From: Phoronis australis
Lineage: Eukaryota; Animalia; Phoronida
DNA: 64,000 bases
Reading direction: 5' to 3'
NCBI GenBank assembly: GCA_002633005.1
Contig: NMRA01000739.1
Span: forward strand, 62,001 to 126,000
Shown here: piece after piece, positions 52,078 to 64,000 of the stretch
How positions within the stretch are numbered: the first letter of the stretch is position 1
Layout: every line of letters begins with the position of its first letter
Program-made: the position numbers and the translations under genes
Notes under the pieces: generated by a model
What the model was told of the DNA's origin: nothing
Database searches by the model: none
The model's input: only the letters and a program-made list of their open reading frames with translations

Positions 52078-54768
52078 AGCACATATCACAAATTTTTGTT
52101 CGACCATTAGCCAATCGCAATGCCAATTCATAAGACAACCCCCCAGCCGATTCTTGATTGTCAACCAGCCGTCGACCGACTCCATTTTAAGGTGGTCAGC
52201 TGCTTCTGTTAGGCTAGAGTTTCAGTTGCGTAATAGGTTATCAGGCTATTGTCGCATTGCAAGCTGATCTGCATATTGCTCTCTGCACAGGGTGAAATAA
52301 ATTAACCTAGTTTTAAAGTGTGTCTCACTGGTACACAAGTTCACTCGGTAATTCGAAGGCTCAAAACAACCCATAACTGAACATTTTGGGATTATGGATT
52401 ATGGACAATGCAACCAGTTTTGAATAACAAGATGTGAAAGTTTTGAATCGTGACAGCAATGATTTCAGTTATAAATATTGATCGCGTCTCAATCAATTCA
52501 GCACTGTTTTCACTTTGAAAACACAGCTGTTTTTGCATTTGTAACTATACGACCATGACGACCATGACGTTAGCTTTTTTGCATGTTCACAAAAGTGCAA
52601 TAGAAAGCGCACGTGTGTAAAGAAATAAAATGTGGTCAGGGCCCTACGTAAATCAACTGTGAGGAACTACAAAACATACCTTCAAATTTAGATTATACAG
52701 TTTACAGCATACCACTTATAATGTAAGTTCTTAATGCACACAACTATTGTAATATCCCTTAAATTAAATGTAACCAACTGTGTATAGTACAAGAACGTTT
52801 GTGTACAGTAGAGTCATATGTTTTAATCTGGTTAACAATTCTTCACCCTGTATTGAAAGCAACAATTTCGGTGCTTAGTATTTCAAGCATTTATTTTCAA
52901 GAAACTTTTTGGAAAGAAGGCAAACTAAAATACTACAGAACACTTAGTAATAACCGCCTAGATTTGAAAAGTGTTCTCATTCAGAAATAATCACTCAACA
53001 TATGCTTGTAATGACATGATAACTTTTATTCACACTGAATATGTACATTTATGTACCTGAAATTTACAATACGTAGACACTGAACTGAACAACGGGCATT
53101 GTGGGCAGGTGATCTCCGAGTATTCCGTTATAACGCGCTTACATTTTGAGAACCAGTTGGATGCCCGATATTCAGAGGATAAAATTGGTTCTCAAAATGG
53201 TGGGCACAATATATCTGACTTTAGACCAACCACTTTTATTGTTTTTTAATGTTTTAGTGTTTGTAAATGCTTAGTGTAGATGGCTCAGTGCAGTAATACG
53301 TAGGGTTTATTGTGCTCTTTACCAACATTACAACCCCGTGCCTGTAATAAAGTAATTGTCATGAACATCAAGCAGTTGTATATGTTTAATTCTAATCGTC
53401 AAGTGTGTTTCGACTGTTCTGTTTGTAATTACACGTTTGCAGCTGTTAAAAAACTGACGAATTTCATCATGCTTTGACTTACGCCTCCCGATTCACGTAT
53501 TTTTGCAATTGGGCATTTGAATATTTTCGCATGCATATAACTTACCTCTTCAAAACATTAATTAAAAAACAAAACCTAAACTAGAGTTTCAACCCCGGTA
53601 CAAGAAATTTGCACCGCTGCTATAAGACATTGAAGAGAGCGATACTTTTTGTAAATTTTCGGGCTCTCTTGGGATAGTGAGTAACTGAACACTGTCTACC
53701 AATCACCCCATGACTCCCTAAATTTGCTTTGTAATTTTTGTTATAGATATGAATGATGTATGCGTTTATGTTTAGCATGGTATTCTTTTCTGAATCACTG
53801 CTTTATTTTTAACACCATCGTTGAAAACGCAATTATTAACACCTGGATTTTTTATAACACCGAAGGCCCGTTACTCCAAAGATTGTATTTTCAGAGTATT
53901 AAATCCTTGTAGTAACGACATACGCAACACACGCAGTATTGTGTTTATACCCTTAGGCTCGGAAGGCTGCAGTGGAAATAATATGGTTACGATTTTTACG
54001 AACTCGGAAAGTGACTTCAAACACAAAGTGAGGGTTCATGGTTGACGCTACAACCAATCCTAACTTTGCGCTCGCCGTTTCAATGTATCAGTGGCGTTAA
54101 AATCTGCGCTAGTGATCGCCCAGTTGTTGACGATTGGTGATGAAGTGTTAATCAAATTACTACCCTATGGGTACAATTGCGAGCTACTCATTGAATATTT
54201 CCCGGCTTGAAAACACCTGCGGTTGTAACATGTACAGTGTTGTTTTTGAATTGTCATTCAATTTCATTGTACAGTAACAGTTAAACGTTTCGTGATTGTT
54301 ATGCGTAAAAAATGCCTCATAGCTAGAGTTCGAACTTATGTTTTCCCGAGACCATTTAGTGTTTTAATTTTCCACGCCGTCGATAATTCCACAAGAACAT
54401 TTGCTTTGTTCTAATTTCATGCAATTTGTTCAGTTTTACTAATGTCAAATAGTCTAGAAACAGTTGATAAACTGCGGGTTTAAGACTAGAGTGGCCACTA
54501 GAGAACGAACAACAAACAGTCCGATGCCTGCTTGGCCAAAGTTCACTCGCTGATGCCAAGTCATAAAATGGTAATTGCTGACTGAGGATACGCATAATCC
54601 GAAATGGTCATCTAAGCTAGGCGACCAATTTTCCAACCCAATTGCCGACCGGAGAGGCGATTCAGATAAAGGCTCTTAGCCGACCTCTGTTGGTCGACTA
54701 CCGATCGGCTAGACGACTGGTCGTTGACCGATTTCCTACGGGTCAGACAAAAATTTGTGATATGTGCT
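52078..54768. mobile_element. About 2.7-kb non-autonomous TIR element in the first coding intron of the FIP-like gene
   Basis: Perfect 22-bp inverted repeat agcacatatcacaaatttttgt (52078-52099) / acaaaaatttgtgatatgtgct (54747-54768), extending imperfectly inward. No intact ORF. Confidence 0.7.
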
Positions 54769-56304
54769 ATAATGCATTCTAGCACTATCTTGGCTTAACT
54801 CCAATTCTAGTACATTACATTTTTGTGATAATCATTTCAAATAATAGTTGGGTTCCTCAAATGGTGTTTTGTTTTGTAATCGCACTACTTCTGCCCAGAA
54901 TTGGCGATGTTTCTGAATGGTGACGTGTTACAAAATATCAAAGGCAAATGTACTCTTGCGTCGTAATACACTAACTCCAGAGTTTTGGACGTTGTTTATT
55001 TTGTTGTCTTTCTGATGAGTCTTGAATGTGTTAGTCAGTGTTGACTGTTTGAAAAAATTTAGTACAAGTTCCGTCAATGATTCAGTCAGTCCATCAACTC
55101 ACAGTTCAATCAAAAGATTGCGTTTCCGTCAAACATTGCTTCAGATCTGACTGGGCTTGTTGTCATGGCATCTTAGTTTCTGCTGCCAAGGCAAAGCCCA
55201 GCATCAGGTGAACAAAGCCAAACACAGCAATGACAGTTTGGAGGAGGCCAAATGCCTGACTTGACGAATGTCATTTTTTGTCAACAGAACAAAATTTATA
55301 GCTGTTTTTATGAGTATCCCCACTAATATACTTTAAATTACTAGTTAAATTAGATAGCAACTTGTGCTGCGTTATCAACAAAGCTGAAATTATTGCAAAT
55401 GACAGCTTTACTGCGTAAGTGTCAAGGTGCTGTGTCAAAAACACGAATAAAAATGGCAATGCGTTTCTTTTGTCTCGTCACTAGAAACAAAATTTACAGG
55501 CAACATTACTTTCAAATAGAAAACTGGGCTTGTTTTTCATAATTGACAGTTCTCAAAGTTTCACTCACATGTCACAAGGAAATATGAATTTGCCATGTTA
55601 ATGCTGATTTGGTTAAAGGACTTTAAAGCTTAGGTTAGGTGTTATGTAAGATGAAATCATCCTTCAAGAAACCACTTTTCTCTTGATCTCAACACCTGGA
55701 CTGGATTTAGCTCAGGCGTGAGGCACTCACTCCGTTATACTACCAAAATATGGCTTTGTATGTTGAAATATCAACAATTTCAGATGAAATAATTGTCAAA
55801 ATTGGTCATTATCCATCGCTGCTAACATGAACACTTGCAATTTCTCAAAATATTGGCCAGTGGTATGGGGGTTTTCCGTAGATGAGCCCATGGGCGTGTA
55901 TTACCTTGCATTTCAGTAACATCGGCGTTTATTTGACGTAATTTTCTGAATAAAAACGGGTAGGCTTATCTACGGCAAATCTCGGTAGATGTGGAATGTA
56001 ATGAAGACTGATCAAATAGTATTTCATGCTGCTTATTTTATATGAAAAACCTGCAAAATAAAATCCCCTTTTCTACCATGTTGTGTCCTAAATTGGTGAG
56101 GTTTCACTGTGCACTCTTTTTTTTCCTTATCTGAAAATTGCGTCTGGTTTCCGGATCATTTGTGAACAACAACTGAATGAGGATGTATCACAGCCAGGCA
56201 TTTTTTTCGCGAGCCATTTTCTTGTCTTGCAATTACCAGTTTGGATCAAATAATTAAATACGTTTGTCATTAGTCATTATTATTTGTAATTATCTTTATT
56301 TTAG

Positions 56305-56446
56305 TTTATCATGGTTTGGATCTCCCTTGTAAGAAGAAAGGTCGGTCAAAGTTCTCCGTTATATTCGGCGTGGGGAGCAAAAAGTTTCGCACGGCAATGG
56401 TTGCAGACTTAGCGGGTCACCCCGTATGGAACGAGGAGTCTGCTAT
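56305..56446 (+). CDS. C2-IPT-FIP-RBD protein, coding exon 2 of 6 ((V)YHGLDLPCKKKGRSKFSVIFGVGSKKFRTAMVADLAGHPVWNEESA)
   Basis: Acceptor tctttattttag and donor gtaagg; phase 1 to phase 2. 'VG.KKF.T......G.PVWNEE' is a C2-domain signature. Confidence 0.88.
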
Positions 56447-56559
56447 GTAAGGGCGATGAACAGTTGGGCGAACGTTGCCAATGCTAAAATCTGCGAATTG
56501 GTTATAGAAGAGGATAGTCTGATGTTCCCTTTAAGTCTGTGTATTACCTTATTGACAGG

Positions 56560-57030
56560 TTTGCTTATTTAGCCAAATATTTAGCCAAGTATCCACATGA
56601 CTACAAATTGTAACTCAGTAAAGTAAAAAGCCTTGAGAATTTGACTTTTACCCAGTCTGTTATTAATTGGGTCACATGATCATGTCGTTTGAATTTGTAA
56701 AATTTACTAAACAGAAAGGTACATTGATAGCAAAACAACGACCTTGATAACAATGTTCAAGCTGAGATCTCAAACACGCTGCCATGGTTTTCTAAAGTAT
56801 CATTTTGTTTTCATTTTACGCTACTAAAGGCATTTCATGAAAATTTTAAGTTCTATTTTTGACAGCTCCTCATGGAAAAATGAAACAAATTAAAAATAAT
56901 TCCTATTGTTTTGGAGAACATTACTAAAGTATAGTACCTTAAAGTTTCACATGATTCCGATTGTCTGCTTCTGAGAAGCCATGTTCCAAAGATAACCAAC
57001 TTTAGACACTTTTCTATGGTCTTACATAAC
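56560..57030 (-). repeat. Old dispersed repeat family C fragment (inverted)
   Basis: Reverse complement of blocks at 10384-10830 and 39080-39590. Confidence 0.6.
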
Positions 57031-58793
57031 AAAAGCGCAAATTTATGGCAACGAGAACATGTCTGTCACATGTGGTTGTTCAATGAGGTTATGCCACATT
57101 GGTTTTCAAAAATGAAATTGACAAATTTTTGTTGAAGTTCATCTGGTTCCATTGAACTTAAGAAAAAAGGAAGGAAACAAGAAAAAATGAAAGTTTTGGC
57201 AAAAAAACTACATACATGAATCTTGGGTTTGGTTACTTTCACCAAATGCTTTTGAAGTCAGAAGTAAAACCAAAAGTTGCATTAGACAAAAACAAAATGT
57301 TATTTCGGAAATAAACCTGCATCAGCACTTTTGAATTCTCATTTTTACCAAATAAAATCTGGCCATGATTCTGATACCATTGTTTTGATTGACTGTACGA
57401 TTCTTTTTTGCTAAAATTTAGTCATGGTCATGTGACCTATGTAATGACATTGGTATACGCTAGTTAAAAATGAAAGTACAGGCTTTCTACTTTTGGAAAA
57501 TGTATATTTTGCTAATTTTGCTATAGTTCTGTAGATATTTGGCTTAACGCTCAGACTATCTTCAACCATCTAAATTGTTTGAGTTTATTAAAATGTTCTA
57601 TTAAAATTGTGTAATTATTATAACAGACGTTTGTCTCAGAATAGATGTCAGTAATTTGAATGAAACAGCCCTCACTTCTTGTTCTTCTTCTCCTCCTTCT
57701 TCGTCTTCTTCTTCTTTTTGTCATCTTTTGATTGGTGAAACTTCAACTAGTTGAAAACAGAGACCAAAAAATGTTGGTCACTTTCAAAAGACTTTTCTTG
57801 ACACTGACAAATGTAAGAAGTTGTAAGAGGTGGGGCCCAACCACAGTTTTAGAAGGAAAATTGCCATGCTAGTGGCGATAGGGGGAACGGCTGACTCCTT
57901 CCCCAAATCTGCCTATAATTGCTAGCCATGTGAGCAGCCTCTGACACAGATAATATAATTTATATTTATTGTGCTATGACTTTACACTGTTCTGAAGTTA
58001 ACGGCTAAACACGCCACTAGATTGTGTTTTTCGCCATGGAGACTAAAGTTGCATAATTTGTCATCTTGGAAAGGTCTTAGGTGAACGTTGACCTGTCATG
58101 CAATAAGGCTCAGCGCAAACTGTAAGAATTTAACGAACCAACCTGTCTGTTTCTCGTAGAGTGCGCGCCAAAAGTAGTCAGACCATTACACTTGTCATTT
58201 TATCTTCAGTGAAGGGAAATTCTACCTGCACTCAGATGTCACTATGCAAAATTCCAAGTTATTTTGTGTGATTACTTTTGCTATGTACTATAGTTTATCA
58301 TAATGGCTTTTAGGTTCTGCGGATGTTGTTGTTTTCGTGTTTCATCGTTGTTCATCTGCTATACAGATTGACATGTTTAGTCTCTAGGTGATAGAATCCT
58401 TGTCACTTGTAGCCTGTTTTCCACGAAGAAAGCCTCTGGTCTTTGTTTTTCTGGAAAAGGTTGCCAAAAGGTCATTCTAATTCAGTCTGTAACATTTTAA
58501 TTGACATATTTACCTTTCAAATAGTTGGCTTGTGAAAAGTGTCATAACAACAGAGGAAGTGAAAATGTTGCTTTAACCGTATCAAGACCAGGAATTCTGA
58601 GGCTAGGTTTTTATGTCCCATATTAGCAGCGAAAATATTAATTGTGAAAGTGAGGCTTAAACAGTGAAGCAATTTGCCATACTGGCAAGTTATTTTATCA
58701 TGTCATTGTTTCACAACAACTTTGTCGCACCCCTCTTCAGTTGTGCTGCCTCCTTTTGGACTCCACATTCAAAAGTGTCTGTTTGTTTTTCAG

Positions 58794-58953
58794 TCATATT
58801 GACAGCCCTGGCCATGACCTCAATTTCGTTGTTACTGATAAAGAGACCGTCTTGGGGCAGGTGTCGCTACCGGTCTCTAGCCTCCCTGGGGCGTTAGGGC
58901 GTAAGAAATCTCAAGCAAAGCTGATGCCGCACAAGAAATGTGCAGAGCCTCAG
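58794..58953 (+). CDS. C2-IPT-FIP-RBD protein, coding exon 3 of 6 ((I)HIDSPGHDLNFVVTDKETVLGQVSLPVSSL...KLMPHKKCAEPQ)
   Basis: Acceptor tgtttttcag and donor gtatac; phase 2 to phase 0. C2 strands 'L.FVV.D...LGQV.LPV..L'. Confidence 0.88.
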
Positions 58954-59324
58954 GTATACATTCAGGGAGAATGAATTGTCAATCTTTTCATGAAACTGAA
59001 GTTAACAGCTTCTAGTTTTCATGACATTCATTGCTGAGTACTGTAAACCTTCTAATGGAAGCCAAAGTTTCAAATAGAAGCTGGGGTTCAGGTCTACTGA
59101 AATTGATAAACGCGCGTCTCCTATACCAGCCGGTTCGGCCATATCTTGTGTTACATGATACTAGCTTGGAGCGTACGATTCGGTCTAGCAAGATTTTGTG
59201 TTTAGATTTTGGTTTCCCTAATAAGCTGATGTCTTGCTTGTATGGTTTATTAACTGTGTCCTTGACTATTTTTGCATATGTGTCTGTTTATTAAGTATGG
59301 CCTCAGCTTTCTTCTTATGCATAG

Positions 59325-59948
59325 GGTGAAATTATCTTTGATGCCTGGATCACTCGAAACAAGGCCTCCACCATCACGCCACGCCTTTCAATGACATCAC
59401 TTCAACAACACAAGTCAAGTCCGTTTCAGAAATTACGTAACATTCTGCCTCGATCACGCTCTCGTACCCAGACTGCTTCTCAGCCTGGCTGTCTGGAGAA
59501 GCACCACCAAAAACGGGAATTCATGTCCGTCAGCGACCTCCCTGGCGAGGTCACCAGGTCGCAGTCAGTGACCTCACTTCCTGTCATACTCCAGCTCAAG
59601 GCAAGCAGCTGCAGTCACATCGATAATGTGACCTTGGTGCCAGAGGTCACGGGAATCTCACCCAAAGAGGGTCCAGTAGGGGGCGGCACCAGGCTGGTCA
59701 TTAGGGGTCAGAATCTGGGACTGTCCAAGGAGGATGTAGTAGGACTCAACATATGTGGTGCTAACTGTCTGGCAAGTCTAGAGTACGAATCATCGCAGCG
59801 GCTCATCTGCACAACCAAACCATGGAATGCTACTACAGGACACGTGTTAGTTACTACTCAGTCGGGAGGACGAGGCCTGTCGGCTGTACAGTTCACGTTC
59901 ACTGAGGAGAACAAACCAGCAATGAAACTGACGGAAAAAGATCGAAGG
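59325..59948 (+). CDS. C2-IPT-FIP-RBD protein, coding exon 4 of 6: last C2 strand (GEIIFDAWI), Ser-rich linker, EXOC2/Sec5-like IPT/TIG domain (59640-59906)
   Basis: Acceptor ttcttcttatgcatag and donor gtacgt; 208 codons, phase 0 to phase 0. PEVTGISPKEG...IRGQNLG...ICG.NCL...VTTQSGGRG.S.VQF matches the Sec5 N-terminal Ral-binding IPT domain. Confidence 0.92.
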
Positions 59949-60946
59949 GTACGTAGAAAGGGTCTCCTGAAGGGACAAGAAACTGTTCCCAAAGGGATTT
60001 GGTGTGATTTCTCAAAATCAATGCTCAACAGTTTAGAAGATTGTGTATAGTTGATCTAAAAAAATGACGCAACCAAATTCATAGTTTCCAATTGCACTCC
60101 AGCGACAATTTGACATTGGCCAAGATTTGACATCTGGTCAGCAAATTTTCACTTGGATGTGCCCTTCATGAGGAATCTTGCTCTCTGTTGTTTGGAATCA
60201 TTATCTTTAAGGTTATGTAGGACCCTAGAAAAATGTCTAAATTTGGGTAAATTCGAAAATAATATCTCATAAATGGGTGATCAGACTCGTGGTAAAATTT
60301 ATCATGACGTGGGAATAGTGTTAATGTACAGACCTTGCAACACTAAGACTAGGCTAGACAAGGTGCATTACCCCGTGCGGTCTCTTGAGTTACCAAATGA
60401 ATTTGCCGACAGCAAGATATGCTTCAGCCGAGCAGTAAGTCAAGCCTATTCGAAAACACATGCCCCAGAATGTAAATCTAGGTTAGAAAGTACTGCGCCT
60501 CCAATTATTTCCACCAGATTAGGTTCACTGTGTTGGAAACACAATGGTTATGCTAATGCATTGTCTGCAGGTGATTGGAATGAGTGGGTTGTAATTTGTA
60601 GAGGCAACTTGGAAGTCATGGTGCACTATTCTCCAAAAGACTAGCAGGATTTGTTTTTGAAATGTTCCACATTTGCAAGACAGGTTATCAAAAATAGGGT
60701 TTGAACATGTTTTGTGGAAAAAATGAAACGTTCCATAAAAGAAAAATGAGATATCAATTTAGAAAACTATTACAGCATAAGATATCAATAACATTGTTTT
60801 AGATGGGCAAAACGTCTGTGAAGTTAGTTCATATTGTAGCACTAATACATTGTTTATAACTTCTTAAGAGGTGCACCTCTAGAAATTGATTATTTATTGT
60901 GGTTAAGTGTTTGAAAGCATTACCCGATGCTGATGTTTGATTTCAG

Positions 60947-61049
60947 AGTCTGTTCGGCATGATCACTGGGAACGACAACAAACACGCGAAAGACAAAGCC
61001 AAGCAAGACCTGACTGAAGAGTTGTATAAACTTCGCCGGGAAAATCAGT
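60947..61049 (+). CDS. C2-IPT-FIP-RBD protein, coding exon 5 of 6 (SLFGMITGNDNKHAKDKAKQDLTEELYKLRRENQ)
   Basis: Acceptor tttgatttcag and donor gtaagt; phase 0 to phase 1. Start of a coiled coil. Confidence 0.85.
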
Positions 61050-61414
61050 GTAAGTCTCGCATCTGAGCTAATTCTGTACCGTTATTCGCACAAAAATATT
61101 TGCTAAGAATCGTCATATTTGTATGTTTCAAAGGCTGACTTCATTCCTTGCTTGTAACAATAAATTGACTAACAGTTGTTTTATGATGAGAGGACATAGG
61201 GTACTTGGACTGGCCGACATTTTCAGAACTTCCTCATGCATCAGATTTCGTCTTGTTATCTTTATGCATTTAATTTTTATAAAAATCGATTAATTTTAAA
61301 AATTTCAAATTAGGAGTTATAATACTAAATAAAACGTGTCAATTGGAATCGGCATTCGTGAAAGTGACATGCCTGATTAAAGGGCCAGCAGACTGACTAG
61401 TTACATTCACAGAA

Positions 61415-61707
61415 CTACTGTAACCCATGCATAGCTATATTGCTACTGTAACCCATGCATAGCTATATTGCTACTGTAACCCATGCATAGCTATATTGCT
61501 ACTGCAACCCATGCATAGCTATATTGCTACTGCAACCCATGCATAGCTATATTGCTACTGCAACCCATGCATAGCTATATTGCTACTGCAACCCATGCAT
61601 AGCTATATTGCTACTGCAACCCATGCATAGCTATATTGCTACTGTAACCCATTTATAGCTATATTGCTACTGTAGCCCATGCATAGCTATATTGCTACTG
61701 TAACCAT
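61415..61707. repeat. 28-bp tandem repeat (CTACTGYAACCCATGCATAGCTATATTG) x about 10.5, in the last intron
   Basis: Read directly. Confidence 0.96.
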
Positions 61708-62318
61708 GTCTATCTAATATTGCTTTAGACACAAGAAGACTCACCCGTCATTTCCAACTTCACCAGTTCACCTTCATCATTAGTGATTTTTTAGTTCTTC
61801 CTGGACTGAGGTACAAGTTAAGTTGTCCAATTCAATTTTTTGACAATAAAAGTCTCTGAAGGTGACAGCACAGCAGTTTCCACTAAAGGTGCAATTTACC
61901 TCTTTCCTCCCAGAACAATGACTTTGTGTACGATTGAACTACAAACGTGATTATTTTGTGAGCTGAAAATAAACAATTTGCATGATTCAGTTGAGATGTT
62001 TTGCTAGTGCCTGTAGAGGTTACTAGGGTGTTAGCTTCTTAGTCGCATGTATAGTTTTCAAACTAAATTGAAGAGTGTCGAAACTCTCAGAAGACTTGAT
62101 GCTCAAAGCTCTGACTAAATATCCATTTCTGTGAGACTATTTTGAGGGTGCTACTGATGGTGCCTAGCCTCAAAGCCAAAACATTTTGGTGATGATTGCA
62201 TGCTAGTCATAGCAAATGAACAACATGGCCACGTGGTGGCATTGATCAGGTTGTTCTATTTTGTAGACAATGTACACCCACCTTTGCTTAGTGATGAATT
62301 TTAGGAATCTTTTTCTAG

Positions 62319-62416
62319 CTTTACGAGAAGAAAACCGTAATATGCGACTGTATGTTGACAAGTTGGTTGTCAAGGTGATGGACTCGTGCCCCCAGGTGTT
62401 GCAGTACCCCATTTGA
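62319..62416 (+). CDS. C2-IPT-FIP-RBD protein, coding exon 6 of 6 ((S)LREENRNMRLYVDKLVVKVMDSCPQVLQYPI*), Rab11-binding domain; spliced product 384 aa
   Basis: Acceptor tctttttctag; phase 1 fits exon 5. YVDKLVVKVMDSCPQVL matches the FIP-RBD motif YIDxLLVRVMExxPxIL; TGA at 62414-62416. Confidence 0.88.
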
Positions 62417-62970
62417 TAGTGGGATTTTCGCTAAGGTGTAGTGGTATTGTTTGGAGTGAGTTTTTACTGTGCGACTGGTACTGTGCCCTTGTTTGAAGAT
62501 TTGTGCCTGGAAAATCTCTATATGTTCTGAATCACGAATATTTTGTCAAATGTGCAGAAGCGAGAATGTGCCTAGACATCTGGAGGGTGATGAGGGAAGA
62601 CCATCCGCATTGCAAAGTCTATCGTAGTTGATCCAACAAACTCACAAAATTTTGTTTCAAATTCTGAATTCTAATTCAATGCCAACTGTTAAGTGTGGTT
62701 ACAAATTTGTCAACAGGTCATCCGTGGGCTGCATTCTCTTTAATTGAAATTTGCACCTGTTCATTTTTTGAATTGCCCTGTACATCTGCTGTTTTTATCC
62801 ATCCCTTATTGTCTTGCAGAGGTCTGATTGTCACACATTAGACAAAATATTCATAAACTGTACTCTGGTACATAAGTAAGAACCTACTTTTTGATTGATA
62901 TCGATTTTACTCAATTTTATATCATCTAGTTAAGGGTTTTAGCTTCAGTCCTTGTTGGTAGTCTGTCCAA

Positions 62971-62976
62971 AATAAA
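62971..62976 (+). terminator. Probable polyadenylation signal AATAAA of the FIP-like gene
   Basis: First AATAAA noticed after the stop (about 555 nt), followed by ATTAAA and a T-rich downstream region. Confidence 0.5.
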
Positions 62977-64000
62977 CATTAAAAAGTCTATTTGTAAAGT
63001 ACTCTGTTTTAACGTATTGTTAATATTGTACCCCAGTTTAAGTGCCTGCAATCAAATATTTCCTGGGACATTAAGACATTTTAACAAAAAACCTTTATTT
63101 CTAATTCCATACTTGGTGATGATTATGACTACACTTGAAAAGAACTGGCAATGTAGACTCTTAAATAGTTCTATGGACATAGCATTTCATTACTACCTGC
63201 ACTCGGTGAATTTTAGCATTTCATGTTATATAGTATTATAAGATTAGGTGATGCTTTCTTAAAAGTTTTTATCCATATTGTATGTGAGACATGGCTTTTA
63301 TTTGTTATCTAGGCCAACATTAGCACCTTTTGTCTGACTTATGTCACGCGCAGTTTGATTGTTAGAGCGTGCAGCCAATCATTTGTCTTGGGAGCCCGTC
63401 ACGTGTATTGTTGCAATCATTGTTTGTTTTAGCACGTAGGAGGAGACACTTGTAGCTAGAAGAGGTCATCACGTGTTAATGAGTAACCCAGGCTGACTAA
63501 TCAATGACTTCACTAACCTTAGAAAGTTCAGTAGCGAAATATTATATTTTTCTGATGAATTCAGTCAGTACTATTTAACGGCACTCTTTCAGTTTGTTTT
63601 TCAGTTGAAAACATCATGTGAAAGGAATTTGACTGCAAATGAATCTAGTTTAAAGTTATTCCCTAATGAGGCTCTTCATTGATGTAATCAAATGTTTTCA
63701 AAATAACCAGAATTGAATATGGAATTTTCAAAATAGTTTTTTGTGGTGCACCTACAAAGTGGCCGCCACAGTTGAATGCCATTGAGCATCACTTTTCGTG
63801 AAATGTCTGTAAAGAAACCAAATACATGCATGTTCTTAGTAATGTCTATCAATTTATGAAGCTTTTCATAAGTTTTTTAATTCATGAAAATGAAGGAAAG
63901 AGTGTGCACTTTAAGAGTCGAGCATTCTGCCTCTGTGTTGCAACACGTGTCTCGCTAGATCTGGGTGAATTATTCATTTTTATATGTTTCTTGGTTAATG

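Noticed and set aside
59391-60050. 219-aa ORF as a stand-alone EXOC2/Sec5 gene
   Set aside because: It is one internal exon (59325-59948) read through into an intron. No Sec5 helical body follows, and the flanking exons encode C2 and FIP-RBD.
61415-61707. 28-bp repeat as an array of X-boxes (ATTGCTACTGCAAC)
   Set aside because: Several mismatches to the RFX consensus in the centre; too weak to claim.
63375-63475. CCAAT plus two CACGTG E-boxes as a promoter of a downstream gene
   Set aside because: No associated exon is visible in the window, and such short motifs occur by chance.

Overview
AT-rich, intron-containing metazoan genomic DNA, most likely from a marine invertebrate; the species cannot be determined from sequence alone. 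Three protein-coding genes were reconstructed by hand. (1) RIIAD1-like on the minus strand: 4 coding exons, 6327->1169, 119 aa. (2) An intronless FoxQ2 of the fd102C/FoxQD type with a C-terminal eh1 motif: plus strand, 20527-21633. (3) A 6-coding-exon plus-strand gene at 51856-62416 (384 aa), largely invisible in the ORF track. It encodes a class I Rab11-FIP-like protein (C2 domain ... C-terminal Rab11-binding domain) carrying an internal Sec5/EXOC2-type Ral-binding IPT domain. This C2-IPT-FIP-RBD architecture, a candidate Ral-Rab11-membrane adaptor, is the most notable finding. The second is a roughly 10-fold excess of the palindrome TACATGTA; one copy is caught as a TA->TA-CATG-TA insertion inside a tandem array, the shape of a Tc1/mariner excision footprint. 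The rest is intergenic or intronic DNA with several MITE families (CATG ends, 5-bp target-site duplications), two TIR-bounded non-autonomous elements, a decayed CXC-type transposase, mini- and microsatellites, an assembly gap and a probable haplotype-duplication artefact. All homology statements rest on recalled family motifs, not database searches.
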